Below, one piece after another: positions 29,716 through 39,274 of a DNA stretch of 64,000 nucleotides. The notes below the pieces were generated by a model, which saw nothing but the letters and a program-made list of their open reading frames with translations, had not been told where the DNA came from and did no database searches. The DNA is from Candidatus Dojkabacteria bacterium. Its GTDB lineage: Bacteria; Patescibacteriota; Dojkabacteria; B142; JAFGFJ01. Made by a program: the position numbers and the translations under genes. Every line of letters starts with the position of its first letter. Within the stretch, counting starts at the first letter, position 1. The stretch covers positions 314,896 through 378,895 of the forward strand of contig JAFGFJ010000006.1 in assembly GCA_016931155.1 (NCBI GenBank). The letters are read 5' to 3'.

Positions 29716-30981
29716 ATGGAAAGACATTCAGTGCCCCAAAATATTATGGATGTCGAGTTCAAGCTTTTTGGAAGCCTGACCGTAAGACAGTTCGCTAACC
29801 TTGCAGGATCTATTGTCGTTGCGGTTATTTTATATTTTTTTAATATTCCCGGAATTATCAAATGGCCAGCAATCGTCGGTTTTGTTTTCTTGGGCATAAG
29901 TTTGGCACTGGTTAAGATAAATGGTCAAACATTTGGTACTTGGCTTGGCAATTTTCTGGCTTCTATGTTTAGTTCCCAGAGGAAAATATGGAAGAAAGAT
30001 CCGAAAGTTCCTGAGATACTTACAAAGACTTACCGTCCACGAGTAAGTAATGAACAGCTTGTTTCTGCGAAGAAAAAAGAGTTACCTCCTTTTCTACGTG
30101 AGGATATAATTCAATCTACAAACGTAGTAGATGAAGAGGAGGAAGAGCGGCTAAAGAAATTAGAAAAATACATTCTTGGTGGTACCTCTTCAACGATAAG
30201 TGAGCAATTAATTTCAGACGAAGAAAAAGCACAACGACCGGTAATAATTGATCCTTCAGATCAAAATCTTGCTGGCACAATGAATACGGCAAATGAGGAT
30301 AATTATTCTATAAATCAGTCGGACGAATTCGCAGTAATTGGAAAGAAGATGGCTAATCAGAGAGAGCGACCGATAAGCTCAAGACTTGTGCATAAGAACC
30401 TTGCGGAAAACATAGGAATTGCTGTAAGTGAAGATACTAAAGAGTCCGGTTTGGGCAAGGAAAAAGAAAAAAAGTCAGAAATAGGTTATCTTTCTGAGAA
30501 ACCTGTTAATGATATGAACAGAGGATTAGATGTGAAAAGGAGTTCTTCCGACGAATTGATAGAGGCTAATAAAATACTGCAGGAAAGGATACAGGAACTT
30601 ACAGAAAAAGCGAAAAAATCTCCTGATGACTCTCAGATAGCTCAAAAACTTGCAGAGATGGAAAAACGTCTGGTGGAAATTCAGTCGGGAGGTTCGTTCG
30701 CTAATGAAAAAATAGTATCTCAAAAACCAAATGTTATTAGTGGTATAGTAACTGATAAAGAAAATAAATTACTTCCTGATGTTAGGGTGTTGATTAAGGA
30801 CAGAAGGGGTTTTTTGGTTAGATCACTGATTACTGATAAGCAAGGTTACTTTGTTACGACAACTTCACTTCCTGACGGCGATTATTTAGTTGAATTTGAA
30901 AGCGATAGACATCCTTTTGACCAGTATAAAGTTAACCTGAACGGGTCTTTGAAAGATACGTATAAATTTACTGCCAGATGA
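29716..30981 (+). CDS. VirB3/PrgI-like membrane protein fused to a long linker and a C-terminal carboxypeptidase-regulatory-like beta-sandwich domain
   Basis: N-terminus VEFKLFGSLTVRQFANLAGSIVVAVILYFF plus a second TM, as in the PrgI family; C-terminus ISGIVTDKENKLLPDVRVLIKDRRGFLVRSLITDKQGYFVTTTSLPDGDYLVEFE resembles a CarbopepD_reg/Big-like fold. Confidence 0.55.
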   Translation: MERHSVPQNIMDVEFKLFGSLTVRQFANLAGSIVVAVILYFFNIPGIIKWPAIVGFVFLGISLALVKINGQTFGTWLGNFLASMFSSQRKIWKKDPKVPEILTKTYRPRVSNEQLVSAKKKELPPFLREDIIQSTNVVDEEEEERLKKLEKYILGGTSSTISEQLISDEEKAQRPVIIDPSDQNLAGTMNTANEDNYSINQSDEFAVIGKKMANQRERPISSRLVHKNLAENIGIAVSEDTKESGLGKEKEKKSEIGYLSEKPVNDMNRGLDVKRSSSDELIEANKILQERIQELTEKAKKSPDDSQIAQKLAEMEKRLVEIQSGGSFANEKIVSQKPNVISGIVTDKENKLLPDVRVLIKDRRGFLVRSLITDKQGYFVTTTSLPDGDYLVEFESDRHPFDQYKVNLNGSLKDTYKFTAR

Positions 30982-31000
30982 TTTATCTTATTAGTTAATA

Positions 31001-31684
31001 ATGGCGTTTTTAGGAAGAAAAGAAACAACAACTCAGGAACATCTTGATATTGAGGATGTCAGAGATGATCTTGTTGTGTTAAAAAATGGTAACGTTTCTC
31101 TTGTTATGGAGACGACTTCTTTGAACTTTGATCTTCTTTCGGAAGAGGAACAGGATATACGAATTCTTGCCTTTGCAGGGCTTATGAACTCATTGAATTT
31201 CCCTGTACAGATAGTTGTTAGAACAGAAAGAACAGACGTAACTGATTATGTAGATAAGCTAAAGATCTATAAGGAAAAACAGATTTCGTTGGCCTTAAAA
31301 AGACAAATAGAGATTTACATGCAATTTATTAAGAATCTTACTGTGAACACCGAGGTTCTTGATAAAAGATTCTTTGTTGTTATACCAGGAATAATATCAA
31401 GTATACAAAGAACTAGTGCTGTGAGACAGATCTTCGGTAAACCAGTAAAAATTAAAAATATCGAGGAGGTGCTTGAAAAAGCCAAATTACTTCTTTATCC
31501 AAAACGTGATCATCTGCTGAAGCAGTTTCAAAAAATGGGGATAATTGCAGAGCAACTAAAAACTGATGATTTAATACGTTTGTATTACGGTATTTATCAA
31601 CCGGATACTCCTGGAATTAAGAAATTAATTTTGAAAAAACAGGATTTTTCTACTGGGATTGTAGAAACTTTAAAAGAAGAATAA
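31001..31684 (+). CDS. Possible N-terminal fragment of a VirB4/TraE-like conjugation ATPase (separate ORF, different frame from the ATPase body)
   Basis: LDIEDVRDDLVVLKNGNVSLVMETTSLNFDLLSEEEQDIRILAFAGLMNSL resembles the conserved N-terminus of Gram-positive VirB4 homologues; ends 4 nt before the next ORF. Confidence 0.4.
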   Translation: MAFLGRKETTTQEHLDIEDVRDDLVVLKNGNVSLVMETTSLNFDLLSEEEQDIRILAFAGLMNSLNFPVQIVVRTERTDVTDYVDKLKIYKEKQISLALKRQIEIYMQFIKNLTVNTEVLDKRFFVVIPGIISSIQRTSAVRQIFGKPVKIKNIEEVLEKAKLLLYPKRDHLLKQFQKMGIIAEQLKTDDLIRLYYGIYQPDTPGIKKLILKKQDFSTGIVETLKEE

Positions 31685-31688
31685 CAAT

Positions 31689-33635
31689 ATGTGGATATTT
31701 GGAAAAAGCAAAAAAGAAAAGGAAAAAGAGAAGGAACAGACAAGTCAGTCAGAGGATCTTGAAGAGAAGGCAATTGAAAAATTCGCTGAGGGATTGATTG
31801 ATGTAAAAGATCTGATAGCTCCGTCAGCGATGGAGGTGGATTTTAACGATGTTCTTGTAGGAAATAAGTACTTTAGAACTTTCCTTGCTACTGGATTTCC
31901 AAGCCATGTCGGACCAAATTGGCTTTCTCCACTTATCAATTTTGACTTTCCTGTAGATATAAGCACGTTTTATTATCCTGTGGATAGTTCAATGATAATG
32001 CAAAGACTCAAACGAAAGATTGGAGAAATGGAGGCAACAATCAGTCTTGATCTTGAAGCAGGAAAAGTGGTTGATCCATATGTTAAGGTTGCACTTGAAG
32101 ATGCAAAGAATTTACAGGAACAAATAGCAAAAGGTACAGAGAAATTTTTTCACTTTGCTCTTTATGTAACTATTCGAGCAGGCAGTATCAGGGAGCTTGA
32201 AAAAATCTCGAAGAATCTTATTTCAACAATGTCTTCTATTAGTGTGATTCTAAAGGTGGCTACTTTGCAGCAGGAACAAGGTTTTCAGAGTGTTGTACCT
32301 GTAGGAATAGACAAGATCTATATGACCAGAAATATGGATACGACCTCTTTGGCGACCACATTCCCATTCGTTAGCTCAGAGCTTACTATGGATACTGGTA
32401 TTTTGTACGGAATAAATAAACACAATAGAAGTCTTGTGATTTTTGACAGGTTTGAACTTGAAAATGCTAATGCAGTTGTTTTTGCAACTTCCGGGGCGGG
32501 AAAAAGTTATATGGTAAAGCTTGAGGCTATGAGAAGTCTTATGTTCGGGACTGAAATACTGATAATTGATCCCGAAAGAGAATATGAGAAGCTAACGAAA
32601 ACAATTGGAGGAGAATACGTATCGTTTTCGCAAGATGGCGCGCAAAAATTGAATCCATTTGAGCTTTCAGGAATTTATGACAAAGATGAAGACGAGCTAA
32701 GAATGAAAATTCTATCACTTCACGGCCTTATGAGGATTATGATGGGTGGAGATTTTTCTCCGGAAGAATCTGCAATACTTGATAGGGCACTTATTTTGAC
32801 GTATAAAGAAAAAGGCATTACGGTTGATCCTGTCACACACAAAAAAGAACCACCTCTTCTTGAGGATTTATATAAGATTCTCCAGGCAATGGCAGAGCCT
32901 CAAGCTCATAATCTTGCGACAAGACTTGAGAGGTTTGTAAGAGGAAGTGCAGCTGGTATTTTTGACAGAAAATCAAATATTGAGATTAAGAATACATTTA
33001 CTGTTTTTAGTATTCGAGAGTTGAGTGATGACCTAAGGCCTATAGCAATGTATATGATGCTTGATTTTATTTGGACAAGAGTGAAAAGACTTCGAAAGAA
33101 AAGACTTCTAATAGTGGATGAGGCATGGTGGATGATGCAGTATCCAGATGCAGCAAAATTTATCCACTCAATGGCAAAAAGAGCCAGAAAGTACGGTCTT
33201 GGGCTTACTACAATTACTCAAGATGTTGAGGACTTTTTGAGTACGGATTACGGGAAAGCTGTTGTTACAAATTCATCAATACAAATATTAATGAAGCAAA
33301 GTCCTGTAGCTATAGATAAGATTCAGAAGATATTCTATTTGTCTCAAGGTGAGAAGAACTATCTACTTTCAGCAGGTATTGGGGAAGGTCTATTCTTTGC
33401 CGGATCAAATCATGTGGCAATTCAGGTAATTGCGAGTGAAAATGAGCATAATCTAATAACTACATCTTATAAAGATATGGAGAAAGAGGAGAAGAAAAAA
33501 GCGGCATTGGCAGAAGAAGCTGTAAAAAATGCCGGAATTGGTATTGCAGATATTCCTGAAAATACAAACCAGCAAGTTTCCCCTACTGATAATATTAATT
33601 CCTATACTGGTAATACTTCTTCCAATGCGGTATAA
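31689..33635 (+). CDS. VirB4/TrbE/PrgJ-like type IV secretion ATPase (AAA_10 domain)
   Basis: Walker A FATSGAGKSY, Walker B LLIVDEAWWMM; upstream region IAPSAMEVDFNDVLVGNKYFRTFLATGFPSHVGPNWLSPLI matches the VirB4 family motif. Confidence 0.7.
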   Translation: MWIFGKSKKEKEKEKEQTSQSEDLEEKAIEKFAEGLIDVKDLIAPSAMEVDFNDVLVGNKYFRTFLATGFPSHVGPNWLSPLINFDFPVDISTFYYPVDSSMIMQRLKRKIGEMEATISLDLEAGKVVDPYVKVALEDAKNLQEQIAKGTEKFFHFALYVTIRAGSIRELEKISKNLISTMSSISVILKVATLQQEQGFQSVVPVGIDKIYMTRNMDTTSLATTFPFVSSELTMDTGILYGINKHNRSLVIFDRFELENANAVVFATSGAGKSYMVKLEAMRSLMFGTEILIIDPEREYEKLTKTIGGEYVSFSQDGAQKLNPFELSGIYDKDEDELRMKILSLHGLMRIMMGGDFSPEESAILDRALILTYKEKGITVDPVTHKKEPPLLEDLYKILQAMAEPQAHNLATRLERFVRGSAAGIFDRKSNIEIKNTFTVFSIRELSDDLRPIAMYMMLDFIWTRVKRLRKKRLLIVDEAWWMMQYPDAAKFIHSMAKRARKYGLGLTTITQDVEDFLSTDYGKAVVTNSSIQILMKQSPVAIDKIQKIFYLSQGEKNYLLSAGIGEGLFFAGSNHVAIQVIASENEHNLITTSYKDMEKEEKKKAALAEEAVKNAGIGIADIPENTNQQVSPTDNINSYTGNTSSNAV

Positions 33636-33643
33636 ATAAAAAG

Positions 33644-34204
33644 ATGTTTCCACTAGATATTTTTACAAAACAATTCAACCTGAGTGGGCTAGTACTTATA
33701 GCCTCTGTTGCTATTTTTTCTTTGGCAGTAATTATTCTTTTGGTGAATGTTGTTATATTAAACAGGAAGCTAAAAAAAGCTACTACACCGACGTATGGTT
33801 TTGCAGGAAAGCCAATATATCCCATTATTGCAACATTGCTAATATCTGTATCTATACCTCTAGCTGTATATTCTTTATCTCAGGAGACTACTTTTGAACA
33901 AAAAGCAGAAGAAAATGTGATTCTACAGAGTAGTCATTATGTGGTATCAAGAGATGGGGAGAATTTACGGCTTGAGTTTAATGTTGTTCCATATGTAGAT
34001 GGGGTAGCTTGGGGAGAAAAGTCGTTTGATATTTTCTGGTCATTTAAGGGAAAAACATCCAAAACTAGCTATGAGTTTAATAAATCTGCGATTAATCCCA
34101 GTAAAATGACAATTACTTTGCCAAAAGGTGAGTATGATCTTACTATTCTTGTTACTTATGAGAATAGATCTCAGAGGTTAGAACAAAAGCTTGTTCTAAA
34201 ATAA
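33644..34204 (+). CDS. Small two-TM membrane protein with beta-rich C-terminal domain, cotranscribed with the VirB4-like gene
   Basis: Two hydrophobic helices (LVLIASVAIFSLAVIILLVNVVIL; IYPIIATLLISVSIPLAVYSL); starts 9 nt after the VirB4-like stop. Confidence 0.45.
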   Translation: MFPLDIFTKQFNLSGLVLIASVAIFSLAVIILLVNVVILNRKLKKATTPTYGFAGKPIYPIIATLLISVSIPLAVYSLSQETTFEQKAEENVILQSSHYVVSRDGENLRLEFNVVPYVDGVAWGEKSFDIFWSFKGKTSKTSYEFNKSAINPSKMTITLPKGEYDLTILVTYENRSQRLEQKLVLK

Positions 34205-34223
34205 TTCTTGTTTGTGCGTGCTA

Positions 34224-34229
34224 TAATTA
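34224..34229 (+). promoter_or_regulatory. -10 box (TATAAT, with upstream TGn-like tgtgcgtgc) for rnpB
   Basis: gctataatta immediately 5' of the P1 helix of the RNase P RNA. Confidence 0.5.
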
Positions 34230-34234
34230 TTTCG

Positions 34235-34627
34235 GTCTAGTCAGAACGGTCGCTAAGCGTGAGCTTAGAGGAAAGTCCGAACTCCTCTTGGCACAATAGT
34301 CAGGACAAGGTACCTTGGAGACAAGGCAGGGAGTGATCTCTGGGATTAGAGCAACAGAAAGTAAGGAGCCTGCGAATTGCAGGCGATCTTGAAAGGGTGC
34401 CTCCGGGTTTTTCTGGGGGGCGTACATGAAATTTCATGTATGACGTGTAAGAGACCACCGGTCACGATAGTAATATCGAGATGCTGGTAATCCCTATCGG
34501 GAGCAAGATCAAAGTGTAGATCGCAAAGTGTTTGTTCTTTTGATTAATCAGAACAAATACTGCTAGAGAAATGACCGTCATTCTGGTGTTGCCAGAAAGA
34601 ACAGAATTCGGCTTATTGACTAGACCA
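34235..34627 (+). ncRNA. rnpB: RNase P RNA, bacterial type A-like
   Basis: Universal motifs read in sequence: AGAGGAAAGUCCGAACUCC (P4 5' strand), GUAAGAGACCACC, ACAGAAUUCGGCUUAUUGACUAGACC (P4 3' strand plus P1); the 5' GGUCUAGUCAG pairs with the 3' UUGACUAGACC to form P1; no ORF of significance. Confidence 0.88.
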
Positions 34628-34734
34628 TTTTTTCAACCACTTCAGGAGTATTTCCATTTGGGTGCATAATACTTCCTGTATAGAAACCATTATTTCTTGA
34701 AAATTTCAATTTACAGTGGGAACACATAGATACA

Positions 34735-35433
34735 TTATCTTCTTGATGTTCCTTTTACCCTTAAGAAGAAGTATAGCAGTGTACTGAGAGATTGGACGGT
34801 GGCAGCAACATAAGTAAATGCGGCAGCGTTCAGGACTTCTTTTGCTTTTTCTATTTCAACGCCATCAAGTAGAGAAAACTCTCTAATGAATTTTAACGCT
34901 CTTTTACTTGCGTCAAGTTCTACGGGGAGTGTCAAAAATGAAAATACAGTAGCTGAAGAAAATAATGTAATTCCTAACCAGGAAATCTGTCCTAGACTCA
35001 AAATGATACCAATTATTAAAAGAGCGTAACCCGTATTTGTAGTAATTCCAACTATTGGTGCAACAAACGATCTGATGCGAATGGCGAGAGTTCCCTCAAT
35101 ATGTTGTGAAAGGTGTCCGGTTTCATGTGCTGCTATTGCAACAGAAGCAATGGACGGAGTTCTACTTACTTCAGAGGAGAGAAGAATCGTTGAAGTAATT
35201 GGATTATAATGATTATTTAAATCATTGTTACCTTCCTCAAAAATAACCTGATAGTTCTTGGCCTTACTTATTGTATATACTGTGTCTACTCCGTTTATTC
35301 CTCTTGCATTCAAAGAATTAGAATACTTTCTGTATGTAGACGAAACTATATGAGAAGACAGAAGTCCTACAAGTAGTGCTGGAAATGAAAAAATTATGTA
35401 TAGTGGATCAAAGTTCATAAGTAATTTTAACAT
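34735..35433 (-). CDS. Membrane zinc metallopeptidase, YugP/putative neutral zinc metallopeptidase family
   Basis: HETGHLSQH zinc-binding motif, two terminal TM regions, family-typical length ~230 aa. Confidence 0.7.
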   Translation of the reverse strand: MLKLLMNFDPLYIIFSFPALLVGLLSSHIVSSTYRKYSNSLNARGINGVDTVYTISKAKNYQVIFEEGNNDLNNHYNPITSTILLSSEVSRTPSIASVAIAAHETGHLSQHIEGTLAIRIRSFVAPIVGITTNTGYALLIIGIILSLGQISWLGITLFSSATVFSFLTLPVELDASKRALKFIREFSLLDGVEIEKAKEVLNAAAFTYVAATVQSLSTLLYFFLRVKGTSRR

Positions 35434-36162
35434 ATTTTACAAAAGTGTTATTGTACAAACTTTTTTGTCCGGTACTCATGAAGTAATAATAGAGATTAGG
35501 CAGACATGCTAGAAGATAAAAGGCAGGAAGGTATGTATGCCCCAATGTATACCAAATTTGATCAGATAATGATTGATATTGCAGTGTTTTGAATGGTACT
35601 AATATATGGACAAAAAATAGAGCAATGAATTGTAAGGCAATAAATAATATTATAATAATAGAAAGGCAAATTTTCAGTCAATAGTATCTTGGTAGTGATT
35701 ATGTGTTGTTGAAAATTTTCTTACTGTAACATAAAAATATTATATGATATTTAAAAACATTTAATTACGTTAATTAACCAATATTATAAGAAATACTGGT
35801 TAGAATTTGCTTTACAAGTAACAATATAATAACAATAGCTTACCAGTTGTTGGCTTATGTGCTATACGGTACTCTAAATAATCGGTACATTTGTATAATT
35901 GGACACTGTGGACAAGCAAGAATCGATAATTATGTCACACAAAATAGGCTCTAGTAAAGTTAGGGTCGGGATCTACTAAAACTGGTATTTAGTAAATATT
36001 CAATTTAGAGAAATAAAAATAGTAAGAATAAAAAAATTGTACAATAAGTCGGATAAGGCTACAATGGTGACTGATCCGCAAAATCAGGAATGTGTAACAA
36101 TAGGGTAACATAAGGGTGACTTATGAGTATAATAAATTGGGGAAAAATAAATAATGTGGTAT

Positions 36163-39141
36163 TTAGAAGGTTTTATGTTCTTTAGCATTGATTAGTCCGC
36201 ACTTCTTATATTTTAGACCGCTACCGCAAGGGCAAGGGTCATTTCTTCCGATTTTTAGTTTTGTGGTAGTATCCTGTTGTTTACCTCTCTGTAAATATTT
36301 CCCTTCTTTTTTTTGTTTGATTTTTAAATCATTAGGCTGTTGTTTTGTTTGCATTTCTCTATCTTCTATAAGTATATTCTCTATTTGTGAAATATTTGTG
36401 GATACGCTCTCCTGTGTTTTCTGTAATATCCTTTTAATCTTCAAAATTATTCTTGCAAAATTGGAGTCAACATTACCAATAAATTGTTCAAATAATAGGA
36501 ACCCTTCATTTTTGTATTCGACAAGTGGTTCTCTTTGAGCATATCCTCTAAGACCTATTCCTTGCCTGAGGTCTGTCATGCTATCGAGGTGTTCTGTCCA
36601 GCCGTGATCCATACTTTCAAGATAATAGTTTTTTACAATAAGGGGATAGTCTTTACCATATTCCTCAACTTTAACTCTCAACATTCTTCCAACCAAATCT
36701 TTAAGGTAGCTAGTTATCTCATTTAACTTTTTTCCTTCTATTTCCATTTCCAGGTACTCTCCAGCTTTTGTTGCATCAGTTAATTTCTTCTTTGTTGGAA
36801 TTTTAGTGACAAGCTCATCTTCGAATAAGTCCAGGAAATCCGCTATCACTTGTTTTCTGTCCAAATCATCACTTCTTTCAGGGATAAAGTGTTTATTAAC
36901 AATAAAGTCGACTTCTTCCTCCAATAACCTTTGTAATCTTTCGGTGAGCTTCATTGTTTTCTCCTTCGTCTTCAGTATTTCTTCTTTCTTGTACAATGCT
37001 GCAAGATGATCCGTTTCTTCCAAAATCGTTCTTCTCTTTTTGTAATAGATTTCTCTTTGCTTATTTACTACGTCATCATACTGAACAAGCTGCTTTCTTA
37101 CATCAAAATTTGTACCCTCCATCCGCTTTTGTGCGTTTTCAATTGCGCCACTTATCATTCCAGATTCAATGGGCATATCTTCAGGAATATTTGTCATTTC
37201 CATTAATTTTTGTACAATTGGACCGCCCTGTATTCTCATGATTTCATCGTCAAGTGCGACGTAAAACCTGGATACTCCAGGTTCGCCCTGTCGTCCTGAT
37301 CTTCCTCTGAGCTGATTGTCGATCCTTCTAGCTTCATGCCTTTCTGATCCAATTATCTGTAGTCCTCCTGTTTTAACGACCTCTTCAAACTCCTTATCTG
37401 TAGCATTGAATCCACCGAGTTTGATATCCGTTCCCCTACCAGCCATATTTGTTGCAACTGTTACTGCAGATTTCTTTCCTGCATTTGCGACTATGTTTGC
37501 TTCTCTTTCATGGTATTTTGCATTTAGTACTTCGTGATCTACTCCTTTTTTATCAAGGAGCCTTGACAGATATTCCGACTTTTCAATTGAAGTGGTTCCG
37601 ATAAGCACTGGTTGTCCGTCCTTGTTTTTTTCCGTTACTTCTTCTGCTATTGCATTGAATTTTGCTTCCTGGTTTTTGTAGACTCTGTCAGGCAGATCTT
37701 TTCTTATTATCGGCTTGTTTGTAGGTATGGAAAGTGAGTCTAGAGAATATATCTTAAAAAATTCTTCGGCCTCTGTCATGACTGTCCCTGATCCTCCTGA
37801 TAGCACTTTGTATAATCTAAAAAGATTTTGGAATGTAATCGTTGCGAGTGTCTTTGACTCTCTTTTTATCTCCACTCCTTCTTTTGCTTCTATGGCTTGA
37901 TGAAGACCTTCTGAATATCTCCTGCCGGCTAGAACTCTTCCGGTAAATTCGTCAACTATCATGACTTCACCATCTCTAACCAGGTAATGATCATCCAATT
38001 TGTATAAGGTTTCAGCCTTCAGGGCATTCTCAAGATGGTGTGCCAATCTATAATCTTCCCATATGTTTTTTACTCCAAGCAATTTTTCTGCTTTTTCAAT
38101 CCCTTCATCAGTTAAAACAGATGAGTGTGCTTTTTCATCCAAAACATAGTGTCGCTCGGGTTCTAGATTCTTTACAAGTTTTGCAAATTTGATATAAAGT
38201 TCGTTTGATTGTTCAGCTGGGGCAGAAATTATCAGGGGAGTTCGTGCTTCGTCTACAAGAATAGAGTCGGCCTCGTCAACAATGCAAAAGTACAGTTCTC
38301 CCTGAACAATGTCTTCAGTAGTTCGTACCATATTGTCTCTGAGATAATCAAAGCCAAACTCATTATTTGTTCCATAAATCACATCACACTTATATGCTTC
38401 CTGTTTTGATACCTCAAGGAGATTTAGACCATCTGAGTCTCCAGGGTTCATTACCTTTATTTTTTTTCTTTGCTTATACGCTTCTTCATTTTTGAATTCC
38501 TTTATCTGCTCATCAGTAATATATTTGTAGGATTTCTCAGGTGTAATTACTCCTACGCTAAATCCCAACTCAGAGAGAATGTGACCTGCGTATTCACCAT
38601 CTCTTTTTGCAAGATAATCGTTTACAGTGACAACATGTGATCCTCTTCCGGTAAGACTGTATAAGGCTGCAGGCATCTGAAAAACGAGAGTTTTTCCTTC
38701 TCCGGTTTTCAGCTCTACTAACTTAAAACCTTGTGCAAGAATCGCACTGGCCAGAAGCTGAACATCAAACTGTCTAATAAATTTTTTTCCTTTACGCATT
38801 TTTCTTTTGGACACCTCTCTAATCATTGCGTAAACTTCAGGAAGAAATTCAAGCAATTTATCTTGTATGGCTTTTTCGTATTGAGGCATATCTTTTCCTT
38901 TTTCCGGAGTTTTTATTGACATTTTGTCTTCTGAAGGCACTTTTTCTACTAAAGTGTTCAATTCATTTCTTATTGTATCAAGCCTTTTTTGGAAGGATTT
39001 GATGTCTTTTTTTTCGAAATCTGGTTCAAGAGAATTAATTTTCTCGACAATGGGCCACGCAGCTTTTATCTGCTTTTCATTAGAGTCGAAAAATTTTGAA
39101 AAAATATTCAGGAACATTTGTGGAATTAAATCAAACATCAT
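36163..39141 (-). CDS. secA: Preprotein translocase ATPase SecA (with C-terminal zinc finger)
   Basis: DEAD-like motor motifs (GEGKTL, IVDEADSILVDEARTPLIIS, GTNNEFGFDYLRDN), C-terminal CPCGSGLKYKKCG. Confidence 0.95.
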   Translation of the reverse strand: MMFDLIPQMFLNIFSKFFDSNEKQIKAAWPIVEKINSLEPDFEKKDIKSFQKRLDTIRNELNTLVEKVPSEDKMSIKTPEKGKDMPQYEKAIQDKLLEFLPEVYAMIREVSKRKMRKGKKFIRQFDVQLLASAILAQGFKLVELKTGEGKTLVFQMPAALYSLTGRGSHVVTVNDYLAKRDGEYAGHILSELGFSVGVITPEKSYKYITDEQIKEFKNEEAYKQRKKIKVMNPGDSDGLNLLEVSKQEAYKCDVIYGTNNEFGFDYLRDNMVRTTEDIVQGELYFCIVDEADSILVDEARTPLIISAPAEQSNELYIKFAKLVKNLEPERHYVLDEKAHSSVLTDEGIEKAEKLLGVKNIWEDYRLAHHLENALKAETLYKLDDHYLVRDGEVMIVDEFTGRVLAGRRYSEGLHQAIEAKEGVEIKRESKTLATITFQNLFRLYKVLSGGSGTVMTEAEEFFKIYSLDSLSIPTNKPIIRKDLPDRVYKNQEAKFNAIAEEVTEKNKDGQPVLIGTTSIEKSEYLSRLLDKKGVDHEVLNAKYHEREANIVANAGKKSAVTVATNMAGRGTDIKLGGFNATDKEFEEVVKTGGLQIIGSERHEARRIDNQLRGRSGRQGEPGVSRFYVALDDEIMRIQGGPIVQKLMEMTNIPEDMPIESGMISGAIENAQKRMEGTNFDVRKQLVQYDDVVNKQREIYYKKRRTILEETDHLAALYKKEEILKTKEKTMKLTERLQRLLEEEVDFIVNKHFIPERSDDLDRKQVIADFLDLFEDELVTKIPTKKKLTDATKAGEYLEMEIEGKKLNEITSYLKDLVGRMLRVKVEEYGKDYPLIVKNYYLESMDHGWTEHLDSMTDLRQGIGLRGYAQREPLVEYKNEGFLLFEQFIGNVDSNFARIILKIKRILQKTQESVSTNISQIENILIEDREMQTKQQPNDLKIKQKKEGKYLQRGKQQDTTTKLKIGRNDPCPCGSGLKYKKCGLINAKEHKTF

Positions 39142-39274
39142 GATAGCACAAAAAGCAAATTCCGCGGGAAATTTATTTAAGTTAATAGCAGTATAAATCT
39201 TGTTAATTTAAGATCAGTTTTGGATTTTCTACAAATTTAAGGATTGTCATGAAAAAGTGGAGAGGTGACTCTGT

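Noticed and set aside
34227-34427. 66-aa minus-strand ORF
   Set aside because: It overlaps the RNase P RNA, whose conserved motifs explain the sequence; no coding signal
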